Positions 25,346 to 37,499 of a stretch of DNA of 64,000 nt are shown here, in pieces; the stretch's first letter is position 1; each line of letters begins with the position of its first letter. The position numbers were made by a program, and so were the translations under genes. The notes beneath the pieces were generated by a model. That model worked only from the letters and a program-made list of their open reading frames with translations. It was not told the origin of the DNA and did not search any database. This stretch comes from Octopus vulgaris (lineage: Eukaryota), in contig OX597817.1 in NCBI GenBank assembly GCA_951406725.2, forward strand, positions 89,652,001 through 89,716,000, given 5' to 3'.

Positions 25346-26669
25346 TAAAACATAAAGGGAAATAGAACTTTGGTGAAGACCACATTGTTGATGTAACCCT
25401 GTATAATACAGGAATACTCAGAAAGTCAAATGCTTTTTAACACAGTATTTACCAAAACCAAAAAAAATATTATGTGCGCTAAGAGCTGTACCCCATTGTG
25501 ACTGTTGAAGAAAGGCTATATTTCTGATGGTTGTAAAATGCACCCGGTTTCAATACAACGAGTGACATGCGGGTACAGTTGTAGCATGCATTGACCCCAT
25601 CTACGAAATGAGTTCTCAACTGTGAATGGATGAGTCGCTCAATTTGTGCTTCTTTCTTTGAATTATATCTTTTTACAATTCTGTGTTTTATAAAATAAGT
25701 ACCGGAAGGAGAAAAATGGCGAGGTAGGAATAATACAAGGTTCTTTTAAAACTCTCAGAATGAAAACCTAAATACGTAAGATATTTTCTCTCTTCCTATC
25801 ACGTATCTCTTTCTTCTTCGTCTCTCCTCGACTGTTAGATGTAGTGAAAATAGAAAATATCGATCATACTTAAGTATAATGTTAATTTTAATTTCAAATG
25901 ACTCTGAGGCTTCCATTTCCCTGTCTCTGCATTTACACTCCTTTTCTCTACTGTTAATAGAGTAAGAAAAAAGAATGAAAATAGACCCTATATAATTGCT
26001 AAAGATTTTAAATGAACAGAAACCAACTAAGTTCATGATTTCGAGTTATATCATACTGAGGAGTCCATTAGAAGGGTGAAATGGTGCTATCTACAACTAC
26101 TAGAACACTGGATTATATGGAAATATTATTTCATATGCTCTCTCACTCATAGGAAAAATACCTCTCATAATAATAATGATAATGAAAATTATAAACCCTG
26201 AACCGGTTCTCTCCCCTTAAAGGGAATTTTCACCTTCACTTCACTTTCTTAGTAAAGCCCCTCACTCTCTCCCCGTCTCTCCTTCTCACTCTCTCCTTCT
26301 CTTATTCCGAAAGTGGCAGCAACAACAGTCCCCAGTCAAATTTTCCTATATTTTCTGTTTTTTTTAATCCTCCTGACTCGTCCCTTTGTTTTTAATTGCT
26401 TTGTCCATCCCTACTTGTTTTAACGTTATACTTAGTATGTAGGAGCTGAAGTTAATGAAATACTTTTTGTAACACAAATAACGAAATAGCTTTGTTAATA
26501 TTTCGAGCAAAAAAAAATGTAAATGAAAAATTTCTACCTGTCGTTAAGTGATGGAGCTTTTAGGGTGCTTTCACAGAAGCAATTAAAGAACACTCTAGCT
26601 GAATGATGTGTGGGAATATATGGTTTCCATCGACGAAGGTAAGTCATATAATAATTTTACATCATAATT

Positions 26670-26865
26670 TCGTCACAAGCCTAGCAAGTTCGAGGAAAGG
26701 GGTAAGCCGGTTACATCAACACCATTACTCAGCTGGTTCTCATTTTAACAAACCCAAGAGGATGAAAGACAAAGCCGACCTCAACGGAGTTTGAACTCAG
26801 AACGTAAAGACGGACAAAATGCCGGTAAGCTCGGCATGCTAACAATTTTGCCAGCTCGCCACCTT
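26670..26865 (-). mobile_element. Meta-domain-like SINE
   Basis: ggatgaaagacaaagccgacctc...tttgaactcagaacgtaaagacg...gccagctcgccacctt. Confidence 0.7.
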
Positions 26866-27236
26866 ACATCATATAGTAATACTGCCTGTTTTTTTTTGTT
26901 TCTTTTTTTTGGGGGGGAGGGGGGCATTGAAGTTCGGGCAAGACGACAGGCCGAGCTGACGCGCCACACACTCGCACGCAAACTAATACTGTAATATATG
27001 AGCCATTGTAATATAAAGATCCCGGACAGGGTCATACGTTCGGACATTGGCTCCTGGTTTGTCATAACCTTTGCTTACAGTGTGAGCAGGTTCTCAGTGT
27101 TGTGAGAACAAGAAATGACATATAGTTAAGAGGAGGTCTGCGTGAACATACAGGTCTTAATGATGTGTGAAAACTACAGAGCTATCCTTGGCGCTGTATA
27201 CTATTGTGGATGCCAAATCAGAAGTTCTACACACAA

Positions 27237-27538
27237 GGGCACATGGTTTAGTGGTTAGAGCGTCGGACTTACAATCATGATCGTAGTGAGTTCGATTCTC
27301 GGACCGGGATGTGTGTTGTGTTCTTGCGCTAGACACTGTACTGACCTTTGCCTGGCCTTTACCTGGCCTTTGCCTTTTCCTTGGATAACATCAGTGGCAT
27401 GGAGAGAGGAGGCTGGTATGCATGGGCGACTGCTGATCTTCTATAAACAATCTTACCCGGATGTGTGCCTCGGAGGGTAACTTTCTAGGTGCAATCCCAT
27501 ATTCATTCACGACCGAAGAGAGTCTACCCTAACCCTTT
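27237..27538 (+). mobile_element. tRNA-derived SINE
   Basis: ggcacatggtttagtggttagagcgtcggac...gagttcgattctcggacc (A and B boxes); ends ctaccctaacccttta. Confidence 0.7.
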
Positions 27539-29129
27539 ACGCACGATGATGCCTGTGGGACTGCAAACCTGTGATGACCCCCAGCCCCATCGATCAGGAG
27601 CATGGGGAGAGAGAGGAAGAGAGAAAGAAGAGAGTGAGTGAGAGAGAGAGAAACAGAAAGCGGGTGTGGGAGAGAGATTTGGAACTCACGTCTCCTAGAC
27701 AGGGCAATACAAGGATTTAGAGAGCGTTGGAACAAGACTAGAACTGTCTTCGTCGAGGCTGACCATGTAACGACAGTCGCTTGGTAATTTAAATCCGCGG
27801 ATATATTTTCTGGTCAGTACATATTAGTGAGAAAACCCTTCGACTACGCTCTGTGTCTCAAAACCAGTCATAGGCATACGTCACTCGGCACAGTTATTGC
27901 TTCATGTCGTTCAAAATTAATTTCTTCTTTTCCTTGTTGTTGTTGTTGTTGTTGTTGGTGCTGGTGGTGGTGGTAGTGTTGATGACGCTATTGTTATTAT
28001 TATTACTACTACTGTTGGTTTTGTTGTTGCTCCTGCTGTTGTTATTTTTGCTGTTGTTGTTTATAGTTGTCGGCGTTGTCGTTGTTGTTGCTATCAATGC
28101 TGCTCTTATTCTTGTTGGTGTTTCGTCACAACTGCTGCTGCTTTTTTTTTTTATTATAGTTTATTTTTTGTTATTGTTGTGGTTGTTGCCGTCGTCGTTG
28201 TAGTCGTCGTTGTTGCTGTTGTTGTTTCCGCGATTGGTGTTACTGTTGCTATTGTTGGTCACCTGTGAAACGCTATTATTTTCTCGGCTCTCCGGAAAGA
28301 CGTAATTGTATCGATACTTAGGTAGGGTGAGAACATCTATTGTGACATCTGAGTAGGAGCTACCAACAGTACAAAAATTGTTTTTCTTTTTACTTCCTTT
28401 TTCTTTTCTTTTCCTTTTTTGTTTCTATATTTCAACTAAATAATATTTCATTTTAATCAATCTATATTTCAAGCTTATGCCACCCATCGCACCAGACATC
28501 AGCAAGACAGGAGTTGAACTCTTGTCACGTCTGGTAGTGAATGGATGGCATAAGCTTGAAATATCGGCCGATTAAAATGAATGCTACAGGTCACGAGACC
28601 GTTTTGATTGACTGCGTGACGAGTTTCAAGAATTTGAGCCTTGGTTCAATTATGCTTAAATTTCTGTTTTCTCACATGTAAGGACTGAGGGCCCGAAATA
28701 TCAAGTTATCTATGTGAATGTTATTTATTATTAATACTACATAAAAATAATTATCCTCTTATTACTGACGTCTTCTTCACGACAAATGTGACGTCACTAC
28801 TTTTATAGGGAAATAAGAAACTTAGTTTGAATAACCTTCCCTTCCGCCTCTCTCTCTCTCTCTTTCTCCCCTCTTTCTCTCTCCCTCTCTTTCTCTCTCC
28901 CTCTCTCCCCCTCTCTCTCTCTCTCACCCACGTACAGACGTGCGCGCATTGTTGTCGTCATATGAATATAGACACTTCGAGAATATGAAATAAATCATTT
29001 TGGAGTGGGCGGTGAATCTTGTAGCAGATAAAGCTAAAAATAAAAGCGTGTAAATATAACCGATTATTCACTCACTATTCTTTATACCTTCATATGCTTC
29101 AAAATTCACCGTTCGAGTATGTGAATATG

Positions 29130-29274
29130 TAGTAGGAAGTTTGCTTCCCAACAACATGGTTCCGAGTTCAGTCCCACTGCGTGGTACATTGGGCAAGTAT
29201 CTTCTACTATAGTCTCGGGTCAACTAAAACCTTGTGAGTGGATTTGGTAGATGGAAACTGAAATAAGTCCGTTG

Positions 29275-29328
<54 letters not shown>

Positions 29329-29785
29329 TGTGTGTGTGTGTGTGTGTGTGCGTGTATGTTTGTCCCCCGCTACTGCTTGACAATCGGTGTTGGTGTGTTT
29401 ATGTCCTCGTAACTTGATAGTTCGGCAAAAGAGATCCAATAGAATAAGTACTAGGCTTAAAAAGTAAGTCCTTGAGTCGAGTTGTTCGACTAAAACGCTT
29501 CAATGCGGTGCTCCAGTATGGCCGCAGACAAATGACTGAAACAAGTAAAAGATAAAAAAATAAGAAATAAGATGTGTGTGTGTGTGTGTGTAAGTCTGTC
29601 CTCTCACTACTACTTGATAGTCAGTGTTGGTGTGTTTACGTCCCCGTAAATTAGCGGTTCAGCAAAAGAGACCGACAGAATAATTATCAGGCTTAACAAA
29701 ATTAAGTACTGGCGTCGATTCGTTCGACTAAAATTTATTCAAGGCAGTGCCCCAGCATGGCCGCAGTCTAGTGACTGAAACAAAT
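29130..29785 (+). mobile_element. CORE-like SINE plus duplicated 3' half
   Basis: Full copy 29130-29550 followed by a second 3' half at about 29595-29785. Confidence 0.8.
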
Positions 29786-29958
29786 AAACGAAAAAAATTA
29801 CCAAGAAGCAGTTGGTCCGATATTCTACCGACTCTGCCAATTCGCCACGTAAATATATCAAAATAGTTGCTGGACAGTCAGTAGATGGCGGCCGAGAAGA
29901 CCGTAATGACTACAAATTAATTAGTCAAAAAATGTTCCTTAACAATGAGACTTTAGAT

Positions 29959-30599
29959 CAGTGGTTCTCACCCGGAGTTCATATGAGCCTTCGGTTGGGG
30001 ATCCATATACGATTTTGTTGTTAAAATTTATGAGCAATCAAATTGGTTATACTTCTACGATACACAAAATATTTCAAGAATTTTTTATATGATGGGCACA
30101 GGAGTGGCCGTGTGGTAAGTAGCTTGCTTACGAACCACATGGTTCCAGGTTCAGACCCACTGCGTGGTACCTTGGGCAAGTGTCTTCTGCTACAGCCTCG
30201 GGCCGCCCAAAGCCTTGTGAGTAGATTTGGTAGAAGGAAACTGAAAGAAACCCGTCGTATATATATATATATATACGTGTGTATATATGTTAGTGTGTCT
30301 CTGTTTGTCCCCCGAACATCGTTTGACAACCGATGCTGGTGTGTTTACGTCCCCGTAACTTAGCGGTTCGGCAAAAGAGGCCGATAGAATAAGTACTAGG
30401 CTTACAAAGAATAAGTCCTGGGGTCGTTTTGCTCGACTAAAGGCGGTGCTCCAGCATGGCCACAGTCAAATGACTGAAACAAGTCAAATTAAATAGAAAA
30501 ATTCCTAATATTATTTAAACATTGAATGGTTGTGTGGGTCCAATAGAGTGAAATAGGTATCAAAAGGGTCCATAGACAAAAAGCGGTTGAGAACCACTG
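29959..30599. mobile_element. hAT (Charlie-like) MITE interrupted by a SINE
   Basis: TIRs CAGTGGTTCTCA / TGAGAACCACTG; 8-bp TSD ctttagat / ctttaaat. Confidence 0.85.
30093..30485 (+). mobile_element. CORE-like SINE, near full length, nested in the MITE
   Basis: gggcacaggagtggccgtgtggtaagtagcttgct ... aaatgactgaaacaag. Confidence 0.9.
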
Positions 30600-30889
30600 C
30601 TTTAAATAAACGTCATGTTGAATCTCCAGTTACGAATTGTCATTTGTTGTCATATAAATGTTCCTTGTTGAAACATCTGTTATGAATTCTGAATTATTTA
30701 CCCTATAATTAATCGCTGATAGATTCCGATTGTGAGTTATCTGATCCTAACCTTGCTGAAATATTTTAATCGAAAGCAAAGATAATGAAAGCAACGTTTC
30801 AAAAGAGATCGTTCATTTATTTCTATCAAAGACCAGTTTTGAGACTCCGCTGGAGTTATTAACTAATGGTTCATCTGATGTAGCTAGGA

Positions 30890-31525
30890 CAGTGTTAGCT
30901 AACCTATTTTCCCCCAGGCCCCACTGTAACCTTTGAGAAAAATTTATGTTCCACTAGTTGCAGGAAAAAAGCTTTATTTTTAATATTTCATCACAATTAT
31001 TTAATACAAAAAAAATCAACCGGTAATTCTTTTATTAAGTATTGAGTACAAAATACAGTACATTATTGACTAATTGAATTACTTTAATGAGAACCTTGTG
31101 CCCAGCAACTACAGCAGATCTCCTTGATTCGAGAAGGCAATTTTGTTTGCCTCAGTCATAAATCACCACGTTTTGTAATTTCAAGTCCGCTACTCTCACT
31201 ATGGCATTAGAATAGCACTATGTTGTAGCAAACAGCCCTCACACAGTATGCTTGGCCAAAGGAACTGGTTTAGCTAGGCTGAGTATAGGTGTAGTATGTT
31301 TGCTGTGAAAAAAGATTTTCACAATTCCATGTGCCACTCTTTTACTTGTTTCAGTCATTTGACTGTGGCCATGCTGGAGCAAATCGACCTCCAGGACTTA
31401 TTCTTTGTAAGCCTAGTACTTATTCTATCGGTTTCTTTTGCTGAACTGCTTAGTTACGGGCACGTAAACACACCAGCATCGGTTGTCAAGCGATGTTGGG
31501 GGAGGGGACAAACACAGACACACAA

Positions 31526-31582
<57 letters not shown>

Positions 31583-31826
31583 CATATATACAACGGGCTT
31601 CTTTCAGTTTCCGTCTACCAAATCCACTCACAAAGCTTTGGTCGGCCCGAGGTTATAGTAGAAGATGCCACGCAGTGGGACTGAACCCGGAACCATGTGG
31701 TGCGTAAGCAAGCTACTTACCACACACCCACTCAAAAAAAAAAAGAAAAAATTTTGGATTTCTCGCCCCACTACACTTTTCCCAGGCCCTTTGGCTTGAG
31801 AATATGCCCCACGTTGGGAATCACTG
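30890..31826 (-). mobile_element. hAT (Charlie/Buster-like) deletion derivative with transposase C-terminal remnant
   Basis: Termini cagtgtt... / ...aatcactg, degenerate TSD agctagga / agctagag; minus frame reads LEITKRGDL*LRQTKL. Confidence 0.65.
31336..31728 (-). mobile_element. CORE-like SINE nested in the hAT remnant
   Basis: ctcttttacttgtttcagtcatttgactgtggccatgctggagc ... aagctacttaccacac. Confidence 0.85.
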
Positions 31827-33499
31827 AGCTAGAGGATATGTGTTCCAGTACGATAGGTGAGACCATAATGAATAATGTGAGTCCTGAAAAAAAGCTGCCC
31901 ATCGCCGAGTAAGCTAGATTATATCTCAAGAATCGAATAGATCTATCGTAGAAATTGTGCGTCGTTGTTGTAACAGGTTTTGATGTGAGTTCAATAATTT
32001 TCGGTCAAAGTGACCAAAGTACTGAAGATAAATTGATGCAAATGTGATTCAGTGAAGGTATATATCAAATGAAGGCATGTATCAGACATCACATAAATCA
32101 AGGATTCTGGGGAAAATCTGTCAGTCGATGAATGTGTGAACTTCAAAGATCATCAGGAAATCATATTGCATTTTATCAGAGTCGACATTTCTCGTGAAGT
32201 ACAGCCTAAGATTGCTGATGTCTGTCACGTAGCAAAAATGAAAAAAAGTTACTCTATGTAAATTTTGTGGTTATAAACACGCATTTATTAAAGGTAAATA
32301 TTGCATTTGAATGGATATGCTGCAGATGTCAGTTTGTAGCTGTAAAATGAAAATTGTGGAACGAATATAACAAATTGAAGATGAAAGATTTAACACTGAA
32401 ATAAATGTGTATACACTACAAAACAAAGAAAAAAAAAGCGCACTTCCTGTTAAACTAAATAACGTTTGTTTGGATATACAACTGGATTGCAGTCGTGAGG
32501 TTACCGTAATTCCAAAGAACTTTTGTATATTAACTAGGCAACCAGAAGTTTTGAAAAGCCATCCATTATTTTGCCAGTTCAATGGATTCGATTTAAAACT
32601 ATAGTAGTTATAACGAATTGTAATAAAAGCATAGTCTTGTTCGAATTAATTTGTGCCTGAAATGAATGTGCGGACGTATTAAAAGTTTATAAGGTCAATA
32701 TTCCAGGAATTCCCTCTGTTCCGGGAGTAATGCATTCCCGAAAAACAAAATTGACATAACGTGAGATCTCGTCATGTGAAATTTATTTTCCCATTGATTT
32801 TCATGCTATAATACGATAATGCGTTCCAACGGGTATTTTCGAAAAAAAGCAACAAAAGGAAAAAAAAAATTGCAACACGACTACTTTTATGTAAAAAAAA
32901 TAAGTACAATATATATTGTGCATAAAAATATTTTTTTTTAATTCGTAAAGGGAATAAATAAGAATAATGATGGCGTAGTATGGCTCGTTCTTATAAAAGA
33001 TGTGGACAACTGTATGAGAGGTGGTGGTGAAATAAGAGTTACTATTAGGATGTGAGATACTCTTCTATTTAACAGTTTACCACCATCGTTAACATCTACT
33101 TGGGGTGGGGGGCAAGAACTTATACCAAATTGGTTGCTTATTGTACATCATCTCTTGTACGTTTTATGTTACGTTTACAATTAAAGTTGTTATCAAAAAC
33201 TTACATACTTGTCTCTATAAATAAATACCAGACCTGTAGCAATATTTTTTGCAGTCAGTTTCTGTGAATCTCTGTATTCTCAGCTTGCTTTTACTCAGCT
33301 TGTATGATACACAAGTAAACCAACTGCATCATTCTCTATTATTTCTTCAGATCCTACGTCATTTGAAAGTGTCACGCTCTCATTCCTAACTCAATGTAGA
33401 TTAAAAAAAAATTTTTTTTGGCTTGTGGTTATATATTTTTATAAGAATCTTTCAAAGTTGAGAGCATCACTTCTTCCCATGGTTCAGGTTATTTTTTCA

Positions 33500-33701
33500 A
33501 CAGCATCGTTTGCGCGCCGGACAAAATGCTTTGCGGCATTTTTCCCGACATTTTACGTTTTGAGTTCAAGTGCCGCCAAGGTCGACTTTGCCTTTCTTCC
33601 TTTCGGGGTCAATATAATAAATACTAGTTGAGCACTTGGGTTGATGTGATTGACTTCCTTTTCTCAAGTTGCTGACCTTGTTCCAAATGTAGAAAGAATT
33701 A

Positions 33702-33733
<32 letters not shown>

Positions 33734-34193
33734 GTTGTTGTTGTTGTTGTTGCTGCTGCTGCTGCTGCTGTTGTTGTTGTTGTTGTTGTTGTTGTTAAGG
33801 TGGCGAGCTGGCAGAATCGTTAGCACGCCGGGCGAAATGCTTAGCGGTGTTTCGTCTGTCGCTACGTTCTGAGTTCAAATTCCGCCGAGGTAGACTTTGC
33901 CTTTCATCCTTTCGGGGTCGATTAAATAAGTACTAGTTACGTACTGGGGTCGATATAATCGACTTAATCCCTTTGTCTGTCCTTGCTTGTCCTCTCTGTG
34001 TTTAGCCCCTTGTGGGTAGTAAACAAATAGGTATTTCATCTGCCGCTACGTTCTGCGTTCAAATTCCGCCGAGGTCGACTTTGCCTTTCATCCTTTCGGG
34101 GTCGATAAATTAAGTACCAGTTGCGTACTGGATAGATCTAATTGACTGGCCCCCTCCCCCAAAATTTCGAGCCTTGTGCCTAGAGTAGAAAAG
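33500..34193 (+). mobile_element. Two tandem Meta-domain-like SINEs with (TTA)n tails
   Basis: 33500-33697 and 33797-34193 (second has two internal units); each is followed by tta repeats. Confidence 0.85.
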
Positions 34194-34254
<61 letters not shown>

Positions 34255-34278
34255 TTATTATTATTATTATTATTATTA

Positions 34279-36163
34279 CTTCTTTTTTCTTCTTTCAAAT
34301 TTGCTTCCATTTCTTGCCGAGTGTCTTCCCGACTCCTAGGGCAAAGAAACTCATAGTATACATTGGTAGGCCATTAAACTAAACTCAGTAGTTCGTTCAT
34401 TTTTTTTTTTTTTTTAAAGTTCAATTAAAATACATGAGCAGCAACAGTTCTCACATCGACAATGCTCTTCTCAATACGTGTGATGTACCAGTTAAGACAA
34501 TCTTTTGCACTTCTTGCAGGGATGGTAAGCCAGGGATCATTCTCATATAATTTTCGGTTCCCTTCTTGATCATTCCTAGTGCTCCTACGATCACTGGTAT
34601 TGTAACCGCCTTGAGATGCCACATTTTCTCAATTTCAATGAGTAGGTCTTTATATTTTCTGAGCTTGTCAAACTCTTTCGCTGAGATATTATGATCACAT
34701 GGGATGCTCATGTCGATCAATAAGCAAACTTTATTGTTTTGGTCTTTCACAACAATATCTGGTTTATTGGCCTTGATGGTTCGGTCTGTATGTACTGGAA
34801 AGTCCCACAAAATGGTTACATTTTCTCCTTCAGTTACAGCCTCAGGGTGGTGATTATACCACTTGTCGGCAGTTTTGATATTGTAATGCCGACTTATTAG
34901 CCAGTGGAGATATTGGCCAACTCTGTCATGTCTTAATTTATACTCCACTGGTGCTAAGACTTTACATCCAGAGATTAGGTGGTCCACTGTTTCAATCATG
35001 TCGTTGCAGAATTGGCATTTTGGGTCTGCTCCATTTTTCATCACATTGGCCTGGTAGTTCCGGGTTAATAGGCTTTGATCTTGAGCAGCCAGGATGAAAC
35101 CTTCACTCTCTGCTTTTATCCCTGATTTCCGTAGCCACTGATGGGTTTGCTTCTGGTCAACATCAGCTTGTTTGCTGCGGGTCACATATTTGCCGTGCAG
35201 AGGTTTCTCCTCCCACCTATCAGCCAATTGCTCGTGCGCTTTTTTCATTGCCATCATTTTCACCTTCTTTGCAACAATAGTTGCCGTACTTCCCTCGGGT
35301 TGTTCAGTTTGGGTATCCTGCACGAGATCAATAGCAAATTTTTTGCTTTCCTTGATGATAGAATGGAGCTTCTTTCGTCTCTCGTGATTTTCCACGAGCT
35401 TTAGCATCCAGTCATTCGATATTTCGAGATATTTGGCCAGTCCAATTGTGGTTGTTTTGTAAGCTAGTTCAAATTGGATCAGGCCTCGACCTCCTTGGGC
35501 TCTGGGAAGGTAAAGGCGATCTACGTCTGCCTTTGGGTGGTGCATCCTATTACAACTCAGCAGCTTGCGTATTTTCCTATCTATATTCTTTACTTCACTC
35601 ATATTCCAGTTCAACACATTGTAGCTATAAGTAACAACTGGAACTGCTAAGGAATTTATAGTTAACACCTTGTTACGTGCATTTAGTTCAGATTTCAGGA
35701 CTGCACGAACTCTCCTATAACATTCCTTCCTGATTTTCTCTTTCATGCTTGCATGCTGAATTACAGAGCCTTCATTTATCCCTAAATATTTGTATGTTTG
35801 TTCTTGTTCAAGCTCTCTTATGACTGTGTCAACATCTAACACGACTGAATTTGTGGTCTTCACTTTCCCTTTCTGGAAAGTGGCCTTGGCACACTTCTCA
35901 AGTCCAAACTCCATCCCGATGTCATCGCTGAATGCTTTCACGGTGCGCAATAGGCCTTCAAGTTCATTATTGTCTTTACCATAAAGTTTTAAGTCATCCA
36001 TATAAAATAGATGGCTTATTTTTTTATTGGCAATTTTATACCCATACCCTGTTCTGTTTAATTCACTTGTAAGGGGTATTAGGGCTATGCAGAATATTAA
36101 AGGTGAAAGTGAGTCACCTTGAAAAATTCCACAGTTGATGTTTATATTTTCTGAGGCAAGTAC
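34279..36163 (-). mobile_element. 5'-truncated R4/Dong-clade non-LTR retrotransposon inserted in a (TAA)n microsatellite
   Basis: (TTA)n tracts on both sides (about 34195-34278 and 36164-36196); ~170-bp 3' UTR after the ORF stop. Confidence 0.92.
34451..36163 (-). CDS. RT C-terminal half + CCHC zinc knuckle + restriction-like endonuclease (partial, uninterrupted frame)
   Basis: GIFQGDSLSPLIFC and HLFYMDDLKLY (in frame upstream of the listed ATG), YKYLGI, CQFC..ETVDHLISGC, RHD, NKPDIVV..LLIDMSIP, K..KY. No stop over about 570 codons. Confidence 0.93.
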   Translation of the reverse strand, partial: VLASENININCGIFQGDSLSPLIFCIALIPLTSELNRTGYGYKIANKKISHLFYMDDLKLYGKDNNELEGLLRTVKAFSDDIGMEFGLEKCAKATFQKGKVKTTNSVVLDVDTVIRELEQEQTYKYLGINEGSVIQHASMKEKIRKECYRRVRAVLKSELNARNKVLTINSLAVPVVTYSYNVLNWNMSEVKNIDRKIRKLLSCNRMHHPKADVDRLYLPRAQGGRGLIQFELAYKTTTIGLAKYLEISNDWMLKLVENHERRKKLHSIIKESKKFAIDLVQDTQTEQPEGSTATIVAKKVKMMAMKKAHEQLADRWEEKPLHGKYVTRSKQADVDQKQTHQWLRKSGIKAESEGFILAAQDQSLLTRNYQANVMKNGADPKCQFCNDMIETVDHLISGCKVLAPVEYKLRHDRVGQYLHWLISRHYNIKTADKWYNHHPEAVTEGENVTILWDFPVHTDRTIKANKPDIVVKDQNNKVCLLIDMSIPCDHNISAKEFDKLRKYKDLLIEIEKMWHLKAVTIPVIVGALGMIKKGTENYMRMIPGLPSLQEVQKIVLTGTSHVLRRALSM

Positions 36164-36197
<34 letters not shown>

Positions 36198-36198
36198 T

Positions 36199-36651
36199 AA
36201 AGCGGTGAGCTGGCAGAATCGTTAGCACACCGGACGAAATGCTTAGCGACATTTCGTCCGTTTGCACGTCTGAGTTCAGATTCCGACTTTGCCTTTCATT
36301 CTCTCAGGGTCGATAAATTAAGTACCTGTGAAACACTGGAGTTGATGTAATTGACTAGTCCCCTTCCCCAAATTTCAGGCATTGTGCCTATACTAGAAAG
36401 GATCAGTTTTATTATTAAAGCGGCGAGCTGGTAGAATCGTTAGCACTCCTGACAAAATGCTTACTGGCATTTCGTCTGTCCATAGGTTCCGAGTTCAAAT
36501 TCCATCGAAGTCAACTTTGCCTTTCATTCTTTCGGAGTCGATGAAATAAGTACCATTTACGCACTGGCGTCGATGTAATCCACTAGTCCCCTACCTCAAA
36601 TTTCAGGCCTTGTGCGTATAGCAGAAAGGATTATTATTATTATTATTATTA

Positions 36652-36714
<63 letters not shown>

Positions 36715-36825
36715 CAGTGAAAGACAGCGAACTGACAGAATTGTTTGCGTACCGGACAGAATACTTAGTGACATTTTGTCCGTCATTACGCATTGATTTC
36801 AAATTCCAACAAGGTCAACTTGATC
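36199..36825 (+). mobile_element. Three tandem Meta-domain-like SINEs
   Basis: 36199-36402, 36417-36630 and a decayed copy at 36720-36825, separated by tta runs. Confidence 0.8.
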
Positions 36826-36829
36826 CTTT

Positions 36830-36978
36830 GAAATGCTGCTCATTTTTTGCCAGCTGGGTGGACTGGATCAACTTGAGATAAAGTGTCTTGCTGAAGTACA
36901 CAATGCGCCGCCGGTGATCGAACTCACGACGTTTCGATCCAGAGCCGAGTACCCTAACCACCAAGCCGCGCACCTTCA
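36830..36978 (-). mobile_element. tRNA-derived SINE head
   Basis: Similar to 3600-3745. Confidence 0.7.
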
Positions 36979-37153
36979 CCGGCAGGTAAAAAAATCATAG
37001 TTAAAAGGGTGTCTTAAATTCAAATATCACTTGAAGTTTTCGGTGTAACATTCTCCAGGCCTCTAACAGACCTAGTATGATATTAAGATCTATTCAATCA
37101 ACTATATTTCTTCTCCCCTAAATATATTAATATTAATATAAATATAAATATAA

Positions 37154-37239
<86 letters not shown>

Positions 37240-37240
<1 letters not shown>

Positions 37241-37345
37241 CAAAATGGGACAAGAACGCAAAACATTCAAATAGACGACACAAAAAAAGCGGACGGGTCA
37301 TTCGAAGCCTCTAATCTTCAGTCAAGAACCGCATCATCCTCGCAA
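37240..37345 (-). mobile_element. Terminal fragment of the permuted-hammerhead family
   Basis: Matches 56630-56748 and keeps UCUUGA-CUGAAGA-uuagAGGCuuCGAAUG; flanked by TA-rich repeats. Confidence 0.75.
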
Positions 37346-37428
37346 CATACATATAAAGAAATATATATGTACAGAAAAAATATATGTATATATATATATA
37401 TATATACACATTATACACATACACAGAT

Positions 37429-37499
<71 letters not shown>

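Noticed and set aside
32170-32760. Weak resemblance to a hAT dimerisation motif and terminus
   Set aside because: Too degenerate; no paired TIR or TSD found.
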